From: Octopus bimaculoides
Taxonomy: Eukaryota
Assembly: GCF_001194135.2 (NCBI RefSeq)
Contig: NC_068987.1
Location: 44,772,945 to 44,827,808, forward strand
Reading direction: 5' to 3'
Length of the DNA: 54,864 nucleotides
Shown: positions 39,247 through 51,399 of the stretch, in pieces
How the letters are laid out: each line of letters opens with the position of its first letter
Position numbering within the stretch: position 1 is the stretch's first letter
The notes under the pieces: model-generated
Told to the model about the DNA's origin: nothing
Databases searched by the model: none
What the model saw: the letters and a program-made list of their open reading frames with translations, nothing else
Translations under genes and position numbers: made by a program

Positions 39247-39399
39247 GACACTCACGAGAAAGGTAGCAAAAAGAGATTAAAAAAAAGTTAAACACTGTCT
39301 TCCTGTACGTTGGTGTTCAAATGTATATAAATATATAAAAAAAAATGGTTTAAAATCCCTAAAAAAAATTAAGCTAAGCCCCTAAAAAAATAGAGACCT

Positions 39400-39520
39400 T
39401 TGGCAGCGTGCTTAGCGCTGACAATGTCGTGTCTACAGCAAAAGAAAAAATCCTAAATGCAATTCTTCCAGCTAAACTCAAATAGTTTGATTCTGATTGG
39501 CTGAAGCAGAGAAACGAGCT
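39400..39520 (-). promoter_or_regulatory. Probable hnRNP gene promoter with CCAAT box
   Basis: agCCAATcag at 39500-39496 on the - strand, in CpG-rich sequence just upstream of the predicted first exon; TSS not determined. Confidence 0.45.
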
Positions 39521-41254
39521 CATTAACATAATTGCAATCTCACGAGATTTTCGGTTAGAAGGAAAAGACGATGAACTCGAACACAAAGAGAAATGGACGG
39601 TTGAGTACAAGCACTCACTCACAAATATATTTTATGTGCAGAACTATGTTTATATAATTTTTTGTAATGATAAACACAAAAACTGCTAAATATGTTGACT
39701 GCTGTGCAAATGTAGGGATTAAATATATATATATACAACTTTGCGCGTATATATGAGAAAAAGCACAGATAAATTCAAATAGACAGGGACATACACAAGT
39801 AGGTATCACTCGTATGCATGCGTGTTTGTGTGTGTATATTTATAAATATATATATATATATTTATAAAATTCATATTGCGGGATTTGTGCTACCGTATAC
39901 ATACGCACACTGAGTGATCGGGACAAAAAAATATAGAGTCAAGCACAAATGAAAAGGTATGTTTATTCGTATGCATAACATTTAAAGAGCTATGTACACG
40001 CATATAGTCGGAAAACGTCATGGCTGCACATAATAAATATACAGACACGCACTCTCATGGAATACTCGGATTATGAGAAGGGGAGGAAGTGTTACAACGA
40101 CAAAAGAAGGAGATAACAAAGACATAAACGAGAGGTGCTGATTAAGTGGCGGAGTAGGAGGTGAATTATGTAGAAATTAAAACGTGGAGCAGAAAGTGTA
40201 ATAGCGAGAGAAAGGGAGCAGTAGTATGAGGTTGTTGAATGAAGTAATACAGTAGAATATAGAAGGTGGAAGGGGAGGTAACGATGTGAGTGAAAGGCTA
40301 TACTAACAACAGAGTGGGGTAACGAATGAATAAGCAACGCCAAAGTAGTGAGGGAAGGTAAGGAGGGGTACGTCGGCGTATTGACGCGGAACAAAAATTC
40401 AAAGAAATCTAAATAAAAACTCAAACAAAACGAAACGGGAAAAACTAGACACAACATCCGTCTTCATAACTCTTATATCTGTCTCCCTACCTCGTTCTCT
40501 TACTCTCTCTGTCACTATAGTTCCATCACACACTCTCTTTATACACACCTCACTACTTTACACTTTCGTCGTGGGCGATTGCGAAGCTTGTTCATGGTTT
40601 ACTCTCAACTGTTGTAATAACGCCAGTTGTGGATTGCCTTGAATGATATATAAATAGACAACACACAAACGCAACTCATATATACTCAGAATGCACAGTC
40701 ATACATGCCTTAATAACACGCACATGACAATTAAGAGATGCATATACATACACAGCTGCAGACTGTGTTCCTACTTCGACACAGTGCCAGACGAAAAGAA
40801 CAAATTAAACAGTTATGTAAATTTTTGAATAATTTGAGGCCTTGAAGCATAAATTGATGCCCACTCGGAGGGAAATATTTGAACAGTTCCTAGCACATTG
40901 TTCGCTAGCACTTTTCTATTGTATAGGACTGCAATTTTCAGCACTACTGCACATTACACAAAAATAAAATAAAATATTTAAATTGTGTCAATGCTCAAGT
41001 CACAACCCTCTCTCGCTCTCTCTCTCTCCCTCCCTCCCTTTCACGCTCACATACAGACACAAAGCTTACAACGCGAAGGAAGTCCCAAAGGATTGGGTAC
41101 CAGACAATCAGCTGAAAAGTGCACAGTTCGTATCGTGACCTTGACCTGTCGATTAGGTTTAAGGTTCATCGATCATGCTCGTCTGGGAGGGCCATCCCTT
41201 TCTCTTCTCACTAATTTATTATGTAAAAAAAAAATACTGCAACTCTATTGCTTC

Positions 41255-41460
41255 TCAATATACCATAATTCTGCTACACTGCTGCATCATCTATACTACT
41301 ACTGCATCACATACTGCGTGACACTACTACATTTCCTGTCTTTCACACAATACCGCGCTACACTGCTATACTAGTGCATCACACTATACAACCTTGCACT
41401 TCTACACTACTGCATCACACTATACAACACAACACTGCTAGTCCACTGCATCATACTATA
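41255..41460. repeat. Imperfect tandem repeat (actgcatcacactatac-like units)
   Basis: Directly visible recurring ctgcatcac/ctacact motifs. Confidence 0.6.
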
Positions 41461-42084
41461 AATTGTTGCCAAATCTCAACTCTGTTACATCCTATTGTCT
41501 AAAATATAAGGAAGGATATATTAGACAATGTAACCTCTGACATACAACTTTGAACATAGATCTACTACATCACATCTGACCTAAAGCTAAATAAAATATC
41601 TATAGAAATAGACAGGATACTGGAGAGAATCCAATACATTCAGATAGTCAAACTGCATCCCATACAATTAACAACTGCATGTCAGAGTGTACTGTATGGT
41701 CATCAAGTAGGAAAAGGCATGGTATATCTGGAATAATACATCTTTGTATAACCGCAGATGCATGCTATAGGTCTGTTCAACCAAGCTTAACTTGAATCCC
41801 CTCTACAAAATTCATCCATCTTTCCTACTCTTTTCATTATCTTCAGTCCAAGTGCTTCACAATATAGCCATTTTTTGTCTTTGAGCAAAAGTCTGACTGT
41901 ACAAAAATTCAAGTTTGCCTAGAATATTTTCTTTTCATTCCAGACTTAATAGTAAATCTACTCCAATTTGGAAACAAGGGACACTGTTTGTATGATGGTG
42001 ATGTTCATTTATAACTATTATGTGATGCCATGAAAAGGAGAAGCAAACACGCGCACCCACACACGCACACACACATACATACAC

Positions 42085-42235
42085 GCGACAGACGTCTTTC
42101 AGTTTCTGCTTTCGAAATCCACTCACAAGGCTTTTGTCAGCTTGGGGTTGCAATAGAAGACACTTGATCAAGTGGGACTGAGCCTGAATCTATATGGTTG
42201 AGAAGTAAACTTCTTAACCACCCACCATGTCTTTG
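42085..42235 (-). mobile_element. SINE family A head
   Basis: aatccactcacaaggc...gacacttg...aaacttcttaacca matches 52735-52880. Confidence 0.65.
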
Positions 42236-42709
42236 TGTGGTCAAAGATTAGAAGAATCATGGGGGTGTCTATGTCTGCTCACAACTACATAGGCACCTAA
42301 AATAATTAATGAAAGTGTCATACATGTTACCAAACCATACTTGTTCACAGGTGATGGCTGCAGCTCTCTATTACAAAATTAGTTCTGCATATTAATACAC
42401 AATCATTAGTATGGATAGTCTAAAAATTATTATATTTTTAAAAATTCACAGTACATCTAGATACCCTCTGCAGCACAACATTTGAGATCTTCTACACTAC
42501 ATGGTTGCTTAGCCTGCTAGAAATAGCAGCCAAAGCTCATGTTAAGAAGTTTGCTTCCCAACCACATGGTTTTAAGTTCAGTACTCAATATTTACATGCT
42601 ACTGTGTATAGCTTTATGTGTGCTTTCAGATTCATTATTCCAAAAAAGAATTATTTCGCATTCTCTCTAAAGTTAATCAAATTTGTATGATGTTAACAAG
42701 TGTGTGTGT

Positions 42710-43905
42710 GTTACAGTAAGGGTCATAGCCCAACTAATTAGGAAGAGAGTTAGTCTAGATGAGATGCAGTTTGGTTTTGTATCTGGGAGAAGCACCACTA
42801 ATGCTATATTTCTGGTGAGGCAGCTGCAGAAGTACCTAGCCAAAAATAAACTTCTGCACTTGGCTTTTGTTGACATGAAGAAGGCCTTTGACAGAGTCCA
42901 CCACTCCCTTATCTGGTGGTCAATGTGGAAACTAGGGATAGATGAGAGGTTGGTGAGAGCTGTACAAGCCACATATAGGGATGCTGTCAGTAAGATGAGG
43001 GTTGGCAACAAGTATAATGATGAATTTAGGGTAAAGGTAGAGGTTCACCAAGGATCAGTCCTCAGCTCCCACTTCTTCATCAGAGTCCTCCAGGCAATAA
43101 CAGGAATTTAAGATGGGCTGCCCTTGGGAGCTCCTCTATGCTGATGACCTTGTTCTTATAATTGAATCTCTTCCAGAACTAGAGAAGAAATTTCAGGTGT
43201 AGAAGGAAGGTCTAGAATCAAAGGGCCTTAGAGTTGACCTACCAAAAACCAAAATCTTAGTAAGTAGGAAAGCAGACAAATCACAAATCCCTTTCAGGTA
43301 GATGGCCCTGCTCAATCTGTAGAAAAGGCATAGGTAGAAACTCCATAAGATGTACCCAGTGTAAGCTAGTACACATAAGGTGTACAGAAGAAGGTTAACG
43401 GGGAAAATAGGTTTTGTGTGTGGAAGGTGCACAGGTACAACAAACACTAAAATTGTACAGAAAATAGACTCCATCAAATGCCAGTGGGGAAAGCTGGAAG
43501 TAGTTGATAGCTTCCTTTATCTAGGTGGCCAAGTCAGTAGCAGAGGTGGCTGCTCTGAGAGCGTAGATACTAGAATAAGAATAGACTAGGCAAAGTTCAG
43601 AGAGCTCCTACCTCTGTTGTTAACAAAGGGCTCCTCCCTCAGAGTGAAAGGTAGACTGTATGATGCCTGTGTGGGAACAGCTATGTTACACGAAAGTGAA
43701 ACATGGGCTGTAACTGCTGAGGACATGCATAGGCTTGAAAGAGAGGAAGGCAGTATGCTTTGCTGGATGTGCAATGTTAGTGTTCATGTACAACAAAGTG
43801 TAAGCCTCTAGAGAGAAAAGCTGGGCATAAGAGGCATCAGTTGTGGTGTGCAAGAGAGATGACTGTACTGGTATAGTCATGTGATGCATATGGACAAAGA
43901 TGGCT
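42710..43905 (+). mobile_element. RTE-clade LINE reverse transcriptase pseudogene fragment
   Basis: DEMQFGF..GRSTTNAIF, AFVDMKKAFDRV, VHQGSVLS, LLYADD, KTK, FLYLG and SETW motifs across three frames, with stops and frameshifts. Confidence 0.93.
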
Positions 43906-44037
43906 CCGAGTTCGATTCCAAGCAGTGACCTGAATAATAATAATAATAATGATGATGATGATGATAGTAATAATAATAATAATAATAACATTGAAAAATA
44001 CCTCAGGGATGAGAACCCAGGTTCGAAATTTCCCCAA

Positions 44038-44083
44038 GACACCTGATGAAGGCTGGAGGGTGTATCAGCCGAAACGTTGTATT
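44038..44083 (+). ncRNA. Minimal type-I hammerhead ribozyme-like motif
   Basis: gacac-CTGATGA-a-GGCTG...CAGCC-GAAA-CGTT-gtatt: both core motifs, 5-bp stem II, palindromic AACGTT stem III, imperfect stem I. Confidence 0.6.
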
Positions 44084-46364
44084 AACAGCATTAATTCTGT
44101 TTGATTCGTCCAAGTAAGGAAAAGGGAACATTAAAATGGTGATGATGATGATGATGATGGTCACAGCTAGAATGTCTTTGATGATAAGGTCTATTCAGTC
44201 AAGGCTGACCTGGAGTTAAACAGCAACAACAACCTTATTATCCCCAGACACTATGCTGGAATGCACATGAGCAATAATAAATGCAGAAGAACAGTCAGGG
44301 TAGTAGAAAAAAAAGTAAAGTGCACAGAATATTACACTACATCTTATTGCCTCTCAGGTCATTGAAGAAGCTTCTGTGGAGTCGCTGAATCAGCTAGTAG
44401 CCATATTTCCTATAAATCATACTTGGGATATATTAGACACTGTTGTACCTGATATATAAAAAGACTAGATGGTCATCATGGTTGGAACAGTGTTGATCAT
44501 ATGTCTGATCAACCAGGACTGACCTGGAGCTAAACAACAAGAACAGCTCATTCCATGCTAGAGTTTACAGTGTGGTTTCTCAAATAATGTGGGAGTATGG
44601 TATGAGAATTTATTTAATTCACTCCTGCCACCCCCTCACCACCCTAGTCTGAAATGATTTTGGCCATTTTTTTTTCACTATGCACTTAAAACCTACGAGA
44701 GAAATATTTTTGGTTTTTAAAAAAGTTGTTAATAATTTCAGAAGAAAATGTGTGATTTAAGGGAGATCTGGCTGTTGTTTCTAGTACATCCCAAAACCTC
44801 CCTCCTCGTATCTTTCTCACTCACACATCTATTGATATTTTTCAATATTTTTCTCCCCATAAACAAATGTTATGGAATGATGATGTCAAAGTAACACACA
44901 TGTATCCTAACCAAGCAAGGCCATGTTATGTGTAGGTGTAAGAAAAAATACCTAAAAACATCTTTAGTGTTCATATTAATCTGTCAAATATAGTGCTTAT
45001 TTGTTCACATTATTTTGAATTATTCAGGTTCAAGAGGGGTGTCCACAATATTTGCTTGTAATGTTGTAAATTTTTTACATACAGATTTGAAATCTTGTCA
45101 GTGGGTGCTTTATATACCACTGGTTTATAGTTATGTAATTTTTGCTGATCTTGCTGTGTAAATTTAATTAACAGTTGTAAAAGCAAGAACACTATGGATA
45201 ATCACTAAAATTGAAATTCTTAATGCATCTTAACTGTTTGATTATCCCAGATGGGATAATCAAATATGCTAAGACAATCTGAAAACAATAGAAACTTTTA
45301 TATGTTTACCGGTTTTTATGAAATTTTGGGGTTAACAAACTTGGGTTAACAAAAATGTTAACTTCATTAATTAAGGATTAACAGATTAACAGACTTAAGC
45401 CCAATTTTGCATNNNNNNNNNNNNNNNNNNNNNNNNNNNNNNNNNNNNNNNNNNNNNNNNNNNNNNNNNNNNNNNNNNNNNNNNNNNNNNNNNNNNNNNN
45501 NNNNNNNNNNNNNNNNNNNNNNNNNNNNNNNNNNNNNNNNNNNNNNNNNNNNNNNNNNNNNNNNNNNNNNNNNNNNNNNNNNNNNNNNNNNNNNNNNNNN
45601 NNNNNNNNNNNNNNNNNNNNNNNNNNNNNNNNNNNNNNNNNNNNNNNNNNNNNNNNNNNNNNNNNNNNNNNNNNNNNNNNNNNNNNNNNNNNNNNNNNNN
45701 NNNNNNNNNNNNNNNNNNNNNNNNNNNNNNNNNNNNNNNNNNNNNNNNNNNNNNNNNNNNNNNNNNNNNNNNNNNNNNNNNNNNNNNNNNNNNNNNNNNN
45801 NNNNNNNNNNNNNNNNNNNNNNNNNNNNNNNNNNNNNNNNNNNNNNNNNNNNNNNNNNNNNNNNNNNNNNNNNNNNNNNNNNNNNNNNNNNNNNNNNNNN
45901 NNNNNNNNNNNNNNNNNNNNNNNNNNNNNNNNNNNNNNNNNNNNNNNNNNNNNNNNNNNNNNNNNNNNNNNNNNNNNNNNNNNNNNNNNNNNNNNNNNNN
46001 NNNNNNNNNNNNNNNNNNNNNNNNNNNNNNNNNNNNNNNNNNNNNNNNNNNNNNNNNNNNNNNNNNNNNNNNNNNNNNNNNNNNNNNNNNNNNNNNNNNN
46101 NNNNNNNNNNNNNNNNNTATATATATATGTGTGTGTGTGTGCGTGTATGATAATAAATAAAATGAAGAAAGCAAAGCTTCTAACAATGCAGAGATGAAAG
46201 TTGAAAAACCTTTTATATATTTCTGGTGCAAAGCCTATCTTCAGAAGAGTACAGCCAAGGAAATGTGTGTCAACATAGATCCTGCCATTTGGATAGATGG
46301 ATGGGCAGTGATATATATCTTTTATCTTTTACTCATGTCAGTCACAGGTCACTGCCTTGAAGAA

Positions 46365-46620
46365 TCCTTAGTCAAATGAATTGACCCTAGTACTTATTTG
46401 TTTTTAAGCCTGGTACTTATTCTATGAGTCTCTGTTGCTGAACCACTAAGTTACAAGGACATAAACACACCAACATTGGTTGTCAAGCATTAGTGGGAAA
46501 CAAACACACACACACACACACATATACAATGGGCTTCTTTCACTTTCCGTCTACCAACTCCACTTACAAGGCTTTGGATAGCCCTAGGCTATATAGCAGA
46601 ACACACTTGCCCAAGCTATA
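46365..46620 (-). mobile_element. SINE family A copy
   Basis: Body aaccactaagttac...acataaacacaccaacatt... matches 15115-15160; head matches the other family A copies. Confidence 0.75.
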
Positions 46621-46759
46621 TAACAACAAGCAGGTGTATTAGTTTGACGCTCGGGAAAGTCAGAAAGTCTTTTATGTTTCGAGCCTACACTCTTCAGTTT
46701 ATTTAAATAGGTAATTTAGTCATTCTTGAATGTAATGACAGTAATGGCAAATTTAGTTA

Positions 46760-47395
46760 TTGAAGTATTCATGTTGCATTAAAAGTGAATATTTCTTTAT
46801 AAGCAATGTTTTTTTGTTTTATTTCAGGGTGCATTTGCCTTTGTGCACTTCTTCATAAGTTTCTGCACAATTAGGGTTGTACCATTGCATAATTTTTGTT
46901 GAGACAAATTACACAGCTCCTACACATGATGATCTTACATAAATTTGGCCATGTGGAAAGCATGCTTCTCCAAGTTGCAATCCAGCAACTTTTAATGTTT
47001 GACCCTGAGTTTTATTAATGTTCATGGCAAAAGAAACATGGATAGGAAACTGTAACCACTTAAATTGGAATGGTACTATAGATGGTATAACTGGTATGCA
47101 AGGAATGAAGACGGTGTCACCTTTACCACAACCAGTGAGAATATTTGCCTCAGCACAGTTCATCATAAGTTTGTGCACAATTAGTATTGTACCATTGCAT
47201 GATTTTTGTTGAGATAAATTAGGCAATAGCATAATAGCTTCCCCTGAACTAGTTACTTACATTTTGCCAGAGAAAGAAAGAGACAGAATTTCGATTTCAT
47301 ATATATAGAAAAAGTATAAGAGCTTCCCCTGAACCATTTACTTTCATTTTGCAGTACAAACAAACAAGCAGACAGATTCTCTGTTTTATATATAA

Positions 47396-47427
<32 letters not shown>

Positions 47428-47430
47428 GGA
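46760..47430 (-). mobile_element. Helitron remnant with PIF1-like helicase C-terminal fragment
   Basis: CNGT...ILTGCGKGDTVFIP...QFPIHVSFAMNINKTQGQTL...HGQIYV are Helitron helicase motifs; the upstream end resembles Helitron 5' termini (tatatataaaa...tctgtctg..tgtttgt). Confidence 0.85.
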
Positions 47431-48009
47431 GAACATTCTTTTTTATGTGTTACCTTGAATACATAACTGTGGTCAAGATTTATCTTCTTTATTTTAGATT
47501 TTTCATATTTTCTTCTTAGTTGTTTTTCAGTTGCTGTGGAACAATAAAGTTCCTAAATTTTTCATATAATCTAGGTGAATTCAAATATCTTTAATTTACC
47601 ATCCAGCTCATAATGGTTCTGGTTGAATTTCTACAAATGCAATCAGTTTCCAGTAATACAGTTGTGTCCTAATCTAATATATATTTCATTTGGATATATA
47701 AGACATGGATTATTTTTGATTCAGTTATTCTTTTCATTTATATTTTAATTCAGTAGCAAGTCCCTACCAATCTTTTGCTTCATACTAAGGGAAGTAAGTC
47801 AAATAGTGAAGAAAGAAACAGTAGTTATGGTAGTGATGGTGGTGGAGATAGAGATGTTGATAATAGTGAATGGAGAAAGTTAGAGAAAATAAAAATAAGA
47901 GATGATAGTGGTTAATGGTGTTGGTACTTGTAACAATGAAGTTTATACTGAAATATTAGAGTAGGAATGAAATCTGAGAGAGAGGAAGGTAACTTGGAGT
48001 TGTAATGGG

Positions 48010-48043
<34 letters not shown>

Positions 48044-48393
48044 GGAAAGATAGACAGACAGACAGATTGTAAGGCAGAAGGTTCTGAGAGGCTTTGACTA
48101 TCAATATATGGACTCATTGATCTAGAATTATAAAAAGCAGACACAGACACTATGACACACACATTTCACAAACATCAAACATTTTTTAGAAGAAAAAAAC
48201 AATATCTCTGTTGGCAGCAATAACAGCAATGATAATAACATTTGCAATAGCTGAATGGTGAGGGATATAAAAGACAATAAGATACACAAGACAACAACAA
48301 CAGAAGAGAAAAGAAAGAGAAGGGAAGGGAGGGTAAAAATAGTCAGTGACTGCAATGTCAATCAAGCAAATTATAAATATATTCAGTTAAAGA

Positions 48394-48438
<45 letters not shown>

Positions 48439-48439
48439 G

Positions 48440-48610
48440 GCACAGGCATGGCTGTGTGGTTGAGAAGTTTGATTTCCAACCATGGAATTTTGAGTTCAAT
48501 CCACTGTGTGGCATCTTAGGCAAATGTTTTGTACTACAGCCATAAGACAACCAAAGCCTTGTTAGTGGATTTGGTAGATGGAATCTGAAATGAGCCATCA
48601 TATATCTGTA
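48440..48610 (+). mobile_element. SINE family A head
   Basis: ggcatggctgtgtggttgagaagtttg...gagttcaatcc...accaaagccttgttagtggatttggtagatgg. Confidence 0.75.
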
Positions 48611-49959
48611 TATACATATAGCTTGATCTGTGTACCTCCAAAATACATATACCAAACTCTTTGTCTTCTCACTTTTCAAACTCTGTTACATGGCTTGTAT
48701 GAATACTCATTCAATAACGGAGGCTTTCAGATAAGATAAGATATCTAACTTTTCCCTACAATTAAAACTTTCATCTAGTCCTTTATTCATTCACTTAACA
48801 TTAGTATTATGATTAAAAGAATAGAAGTGATTCAAACCCTAACTGCTAGACACTCAGTTAGGCCTTACAAGCAAGTCACCACAGTTTCACATGATTGATC
48901 TAGAAATTAATCAATTAGCATGAAGCTGTGGCATAATATAGCTTTCTCAGATGTTTTAGAATTTGGCCCCTTGTCACCTTATAAAAACAGTTTGGCACTT
49001 AACTCATCACAGAGTGTTGAGGGCAGCAAATTGATTGATACACCTCACCTCTCACCATGCAGAAAACTGCATATCTCACGAACTTATCATTGTTATATAG
49101 ACATTCTTTCAGAATTTTTCTGTATTCAATGCATGAAAAAGTACAGCTAAGCCATTACTAGATGCTATCAGTATTATAATATCATAGCTTAAGGAGGTAG
49201 GTATTGTGGTGATAAAATTATTAGCTTTTGACATCTGCTCATTTGATCTTTACATACTGTTGTTGGTAGTGGTAGGAATGATTTGATGTTCTTGAGGTTG
49301 ATGAATCAGATCACTATTGCCACAGTTTTTGCTGGCCTTTTCTTGTGTCTGGTCAGCAGCAAATGTCAAGAAGACGAATGTCAGTTGTCACCAATATTGT
49401 GATTTTACTGGCCTTTTCTTGAGTCATGTGGTTTGCTTGTTGCTTGAGCTGAACTGGTCAATGATGATATACTTCAGATGTCTGAGTCACCATTGTCAAA
49501 GTGGATGACTTAATTATTATTGTTGTATGAACATTATTGCAGCATTGTTGTAGTGTATATGTGGAATGTGGTTGCTGGTTGCATGAATAAAAACTGGAGC
49601 AAACTCATGAACACTTAACTGTAGTATTTATTCCTGGACATAATATATTTGATTTTGGCAATTTACAGTGAACAATGATGGTAATTTCCACCTGGGAAGA
49701 GAGATAAACTGCTCTGTGAATGTAGAAAACTATTTGTGGAACATCATGTAGTGTGTCCAAGTGCCTGGAGTTGTCTGCGCAAAGGTCAACTCCACTCCTA
49801 CTTTAATGAAATGTTTGCCTTTTCTTTCTCTTTCCTTCCTGAGCTGTTGACACATTTAAATTTCTTCCCTAAGACTTTCTTCTGTTCATCTCTGGTTTGG
49901 TCACGATGCACTCAACCATATACATAGAGACCACATTATCAAAACAGGCGACATCAATG

Positions 49960-51108
49960 AATATTAAATGGCTTTGATGATGGCCATGGCTTAAGAAATG
50001 AGGCAGATGTAAAGGTTCTGAAGATTTGTAATGCAACTGTTCTAACAATTTGCAACGCTCTCTTTAAGGAATTATCTAACCACCTTATCGCCTACAAATA
50101 TGGCGAATACACAGATAGATTACATTCTCATCAGACAACAGGATAGAACTATTATTGTGAATACCAAAACCTTTCCTGGCAAAGAATGCACTATGCAGCA
50201 TAGGTTAGTGACTTCTATACCAGAGCTTGGTGGACACAGGAAAAGAAAAAAACAGCATAGAGAAGGAAGCTTTGAAAATTAAAAGATCCAGCAATTGAGA
50301 ACTGATTTAGAGAAATTCTAAGTGATGTACATATCTGCAAAGGAGAAGATTTAATTAACTGTAGCATAGGCATCAATGGGAGATTTTATGAGATAATCTG
50401 CTTAGGGTTACACATCTGACATGTGGCTGAAGAAGAGTACCACCTAAGTCAAAAGTAGCGTAGTGGTGGAATGATAAGGTTGATAGGGCAGTCAAGGCCA
50501 AGAGACAAGTGGAAGGATGATGGTGGTAGGGACCACTACTTAATGACAAGAAAGGCATCTAGGCATCAGATGTACTTGGTTAAAGGTGAGGCAAAAAGAA
50601 GAGATTTGCACATCCTGTAACAGGAAGATCAAAGACTAGAAGTATTCAGGATTGTAAGATAATGTGTGAGAAAGAATCAAGATGTCATGGTAAGAAGTGT
50701 GTTTGGAATAATGACAGCAAGCTCACTATTGATATGGAATGAAAGACACTTGTATGGAAGTGCTACCAAAGTAGGTTAATGAATGTGGGGAATGCATGAG
50801 ATAAACAGGGCTTACACTATTCTGACCCAAAAGAGGGGCTAACAAATCAAGTTTGACAGCAGTGTGTTAGATAAAAAGATCAAGGTTATGAAGAAGGGGA
50901 AAGCTGTGGGTTCATCAGGGATAGTTGCAAAGACACTTAGTATATATGGGGAAGTGGGATGCAAGATTATCACCTAGATAGTTAATCAAGTCATTCAGGA
51001 GAATGTTATACCCAATGACTGGCATAGCTGTATCATCATAAACTGCTGCAAGGGCTAAGGTGATACCTAAGAGAGAAGCAACTCTAGAGGAATCAAACTT
51101 CTGGATCA
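49960..51108 (+). mobile_element. RTE-clade LINE fragment: AP-endonuclease C-terminus to RT entry
   Basis: QIDYIL...GKEC..QHRLV (endonuclease), WWND, KAVGSSGI, PNDW and RGIKLLDQ motifs; degenerate. Confidence 0.85.
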
Positions 51109-51189
51109 AATTTCTTTTTATGTTATAATAAAAACAGTCTTACATTAAACTGAGAGGATTAATCAATACCTTTAGACTGATGATAGTTT

Positions 51190-51268
51190 AGCTAGCCAAA
51201 ACTTCCAAGTTACTGTCAATACTATTCTTGTTAATGAATAACAATTGTGTGTATATATATATATTTAT

Positions 51269-51301
<33 letters not shown>

Positions 51302-51372
51302 TACATGCATACATACATACATGCATACATACATACATACATACATACATACATACATACATACATGCATGC
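51190..51372. repeat. (TA)/(TACA)n microsatellite
   Basis: Directly visible from about 51245. Confidence 0.85.
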
Positions 51373-51399
51373 ATAAATGGAGTTAGACGCAGGTGTTAT

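Noticed and set aside
45395-46231. Long ORFs of 247-278 aa
   Set aside because: Almost entirely an N gap (45413-46117).
49200-49930. Possible - strand LINE endonuclease debris
   Set aside because: Only faint motif resemblance with many stops; cannot be supported without a profile search.
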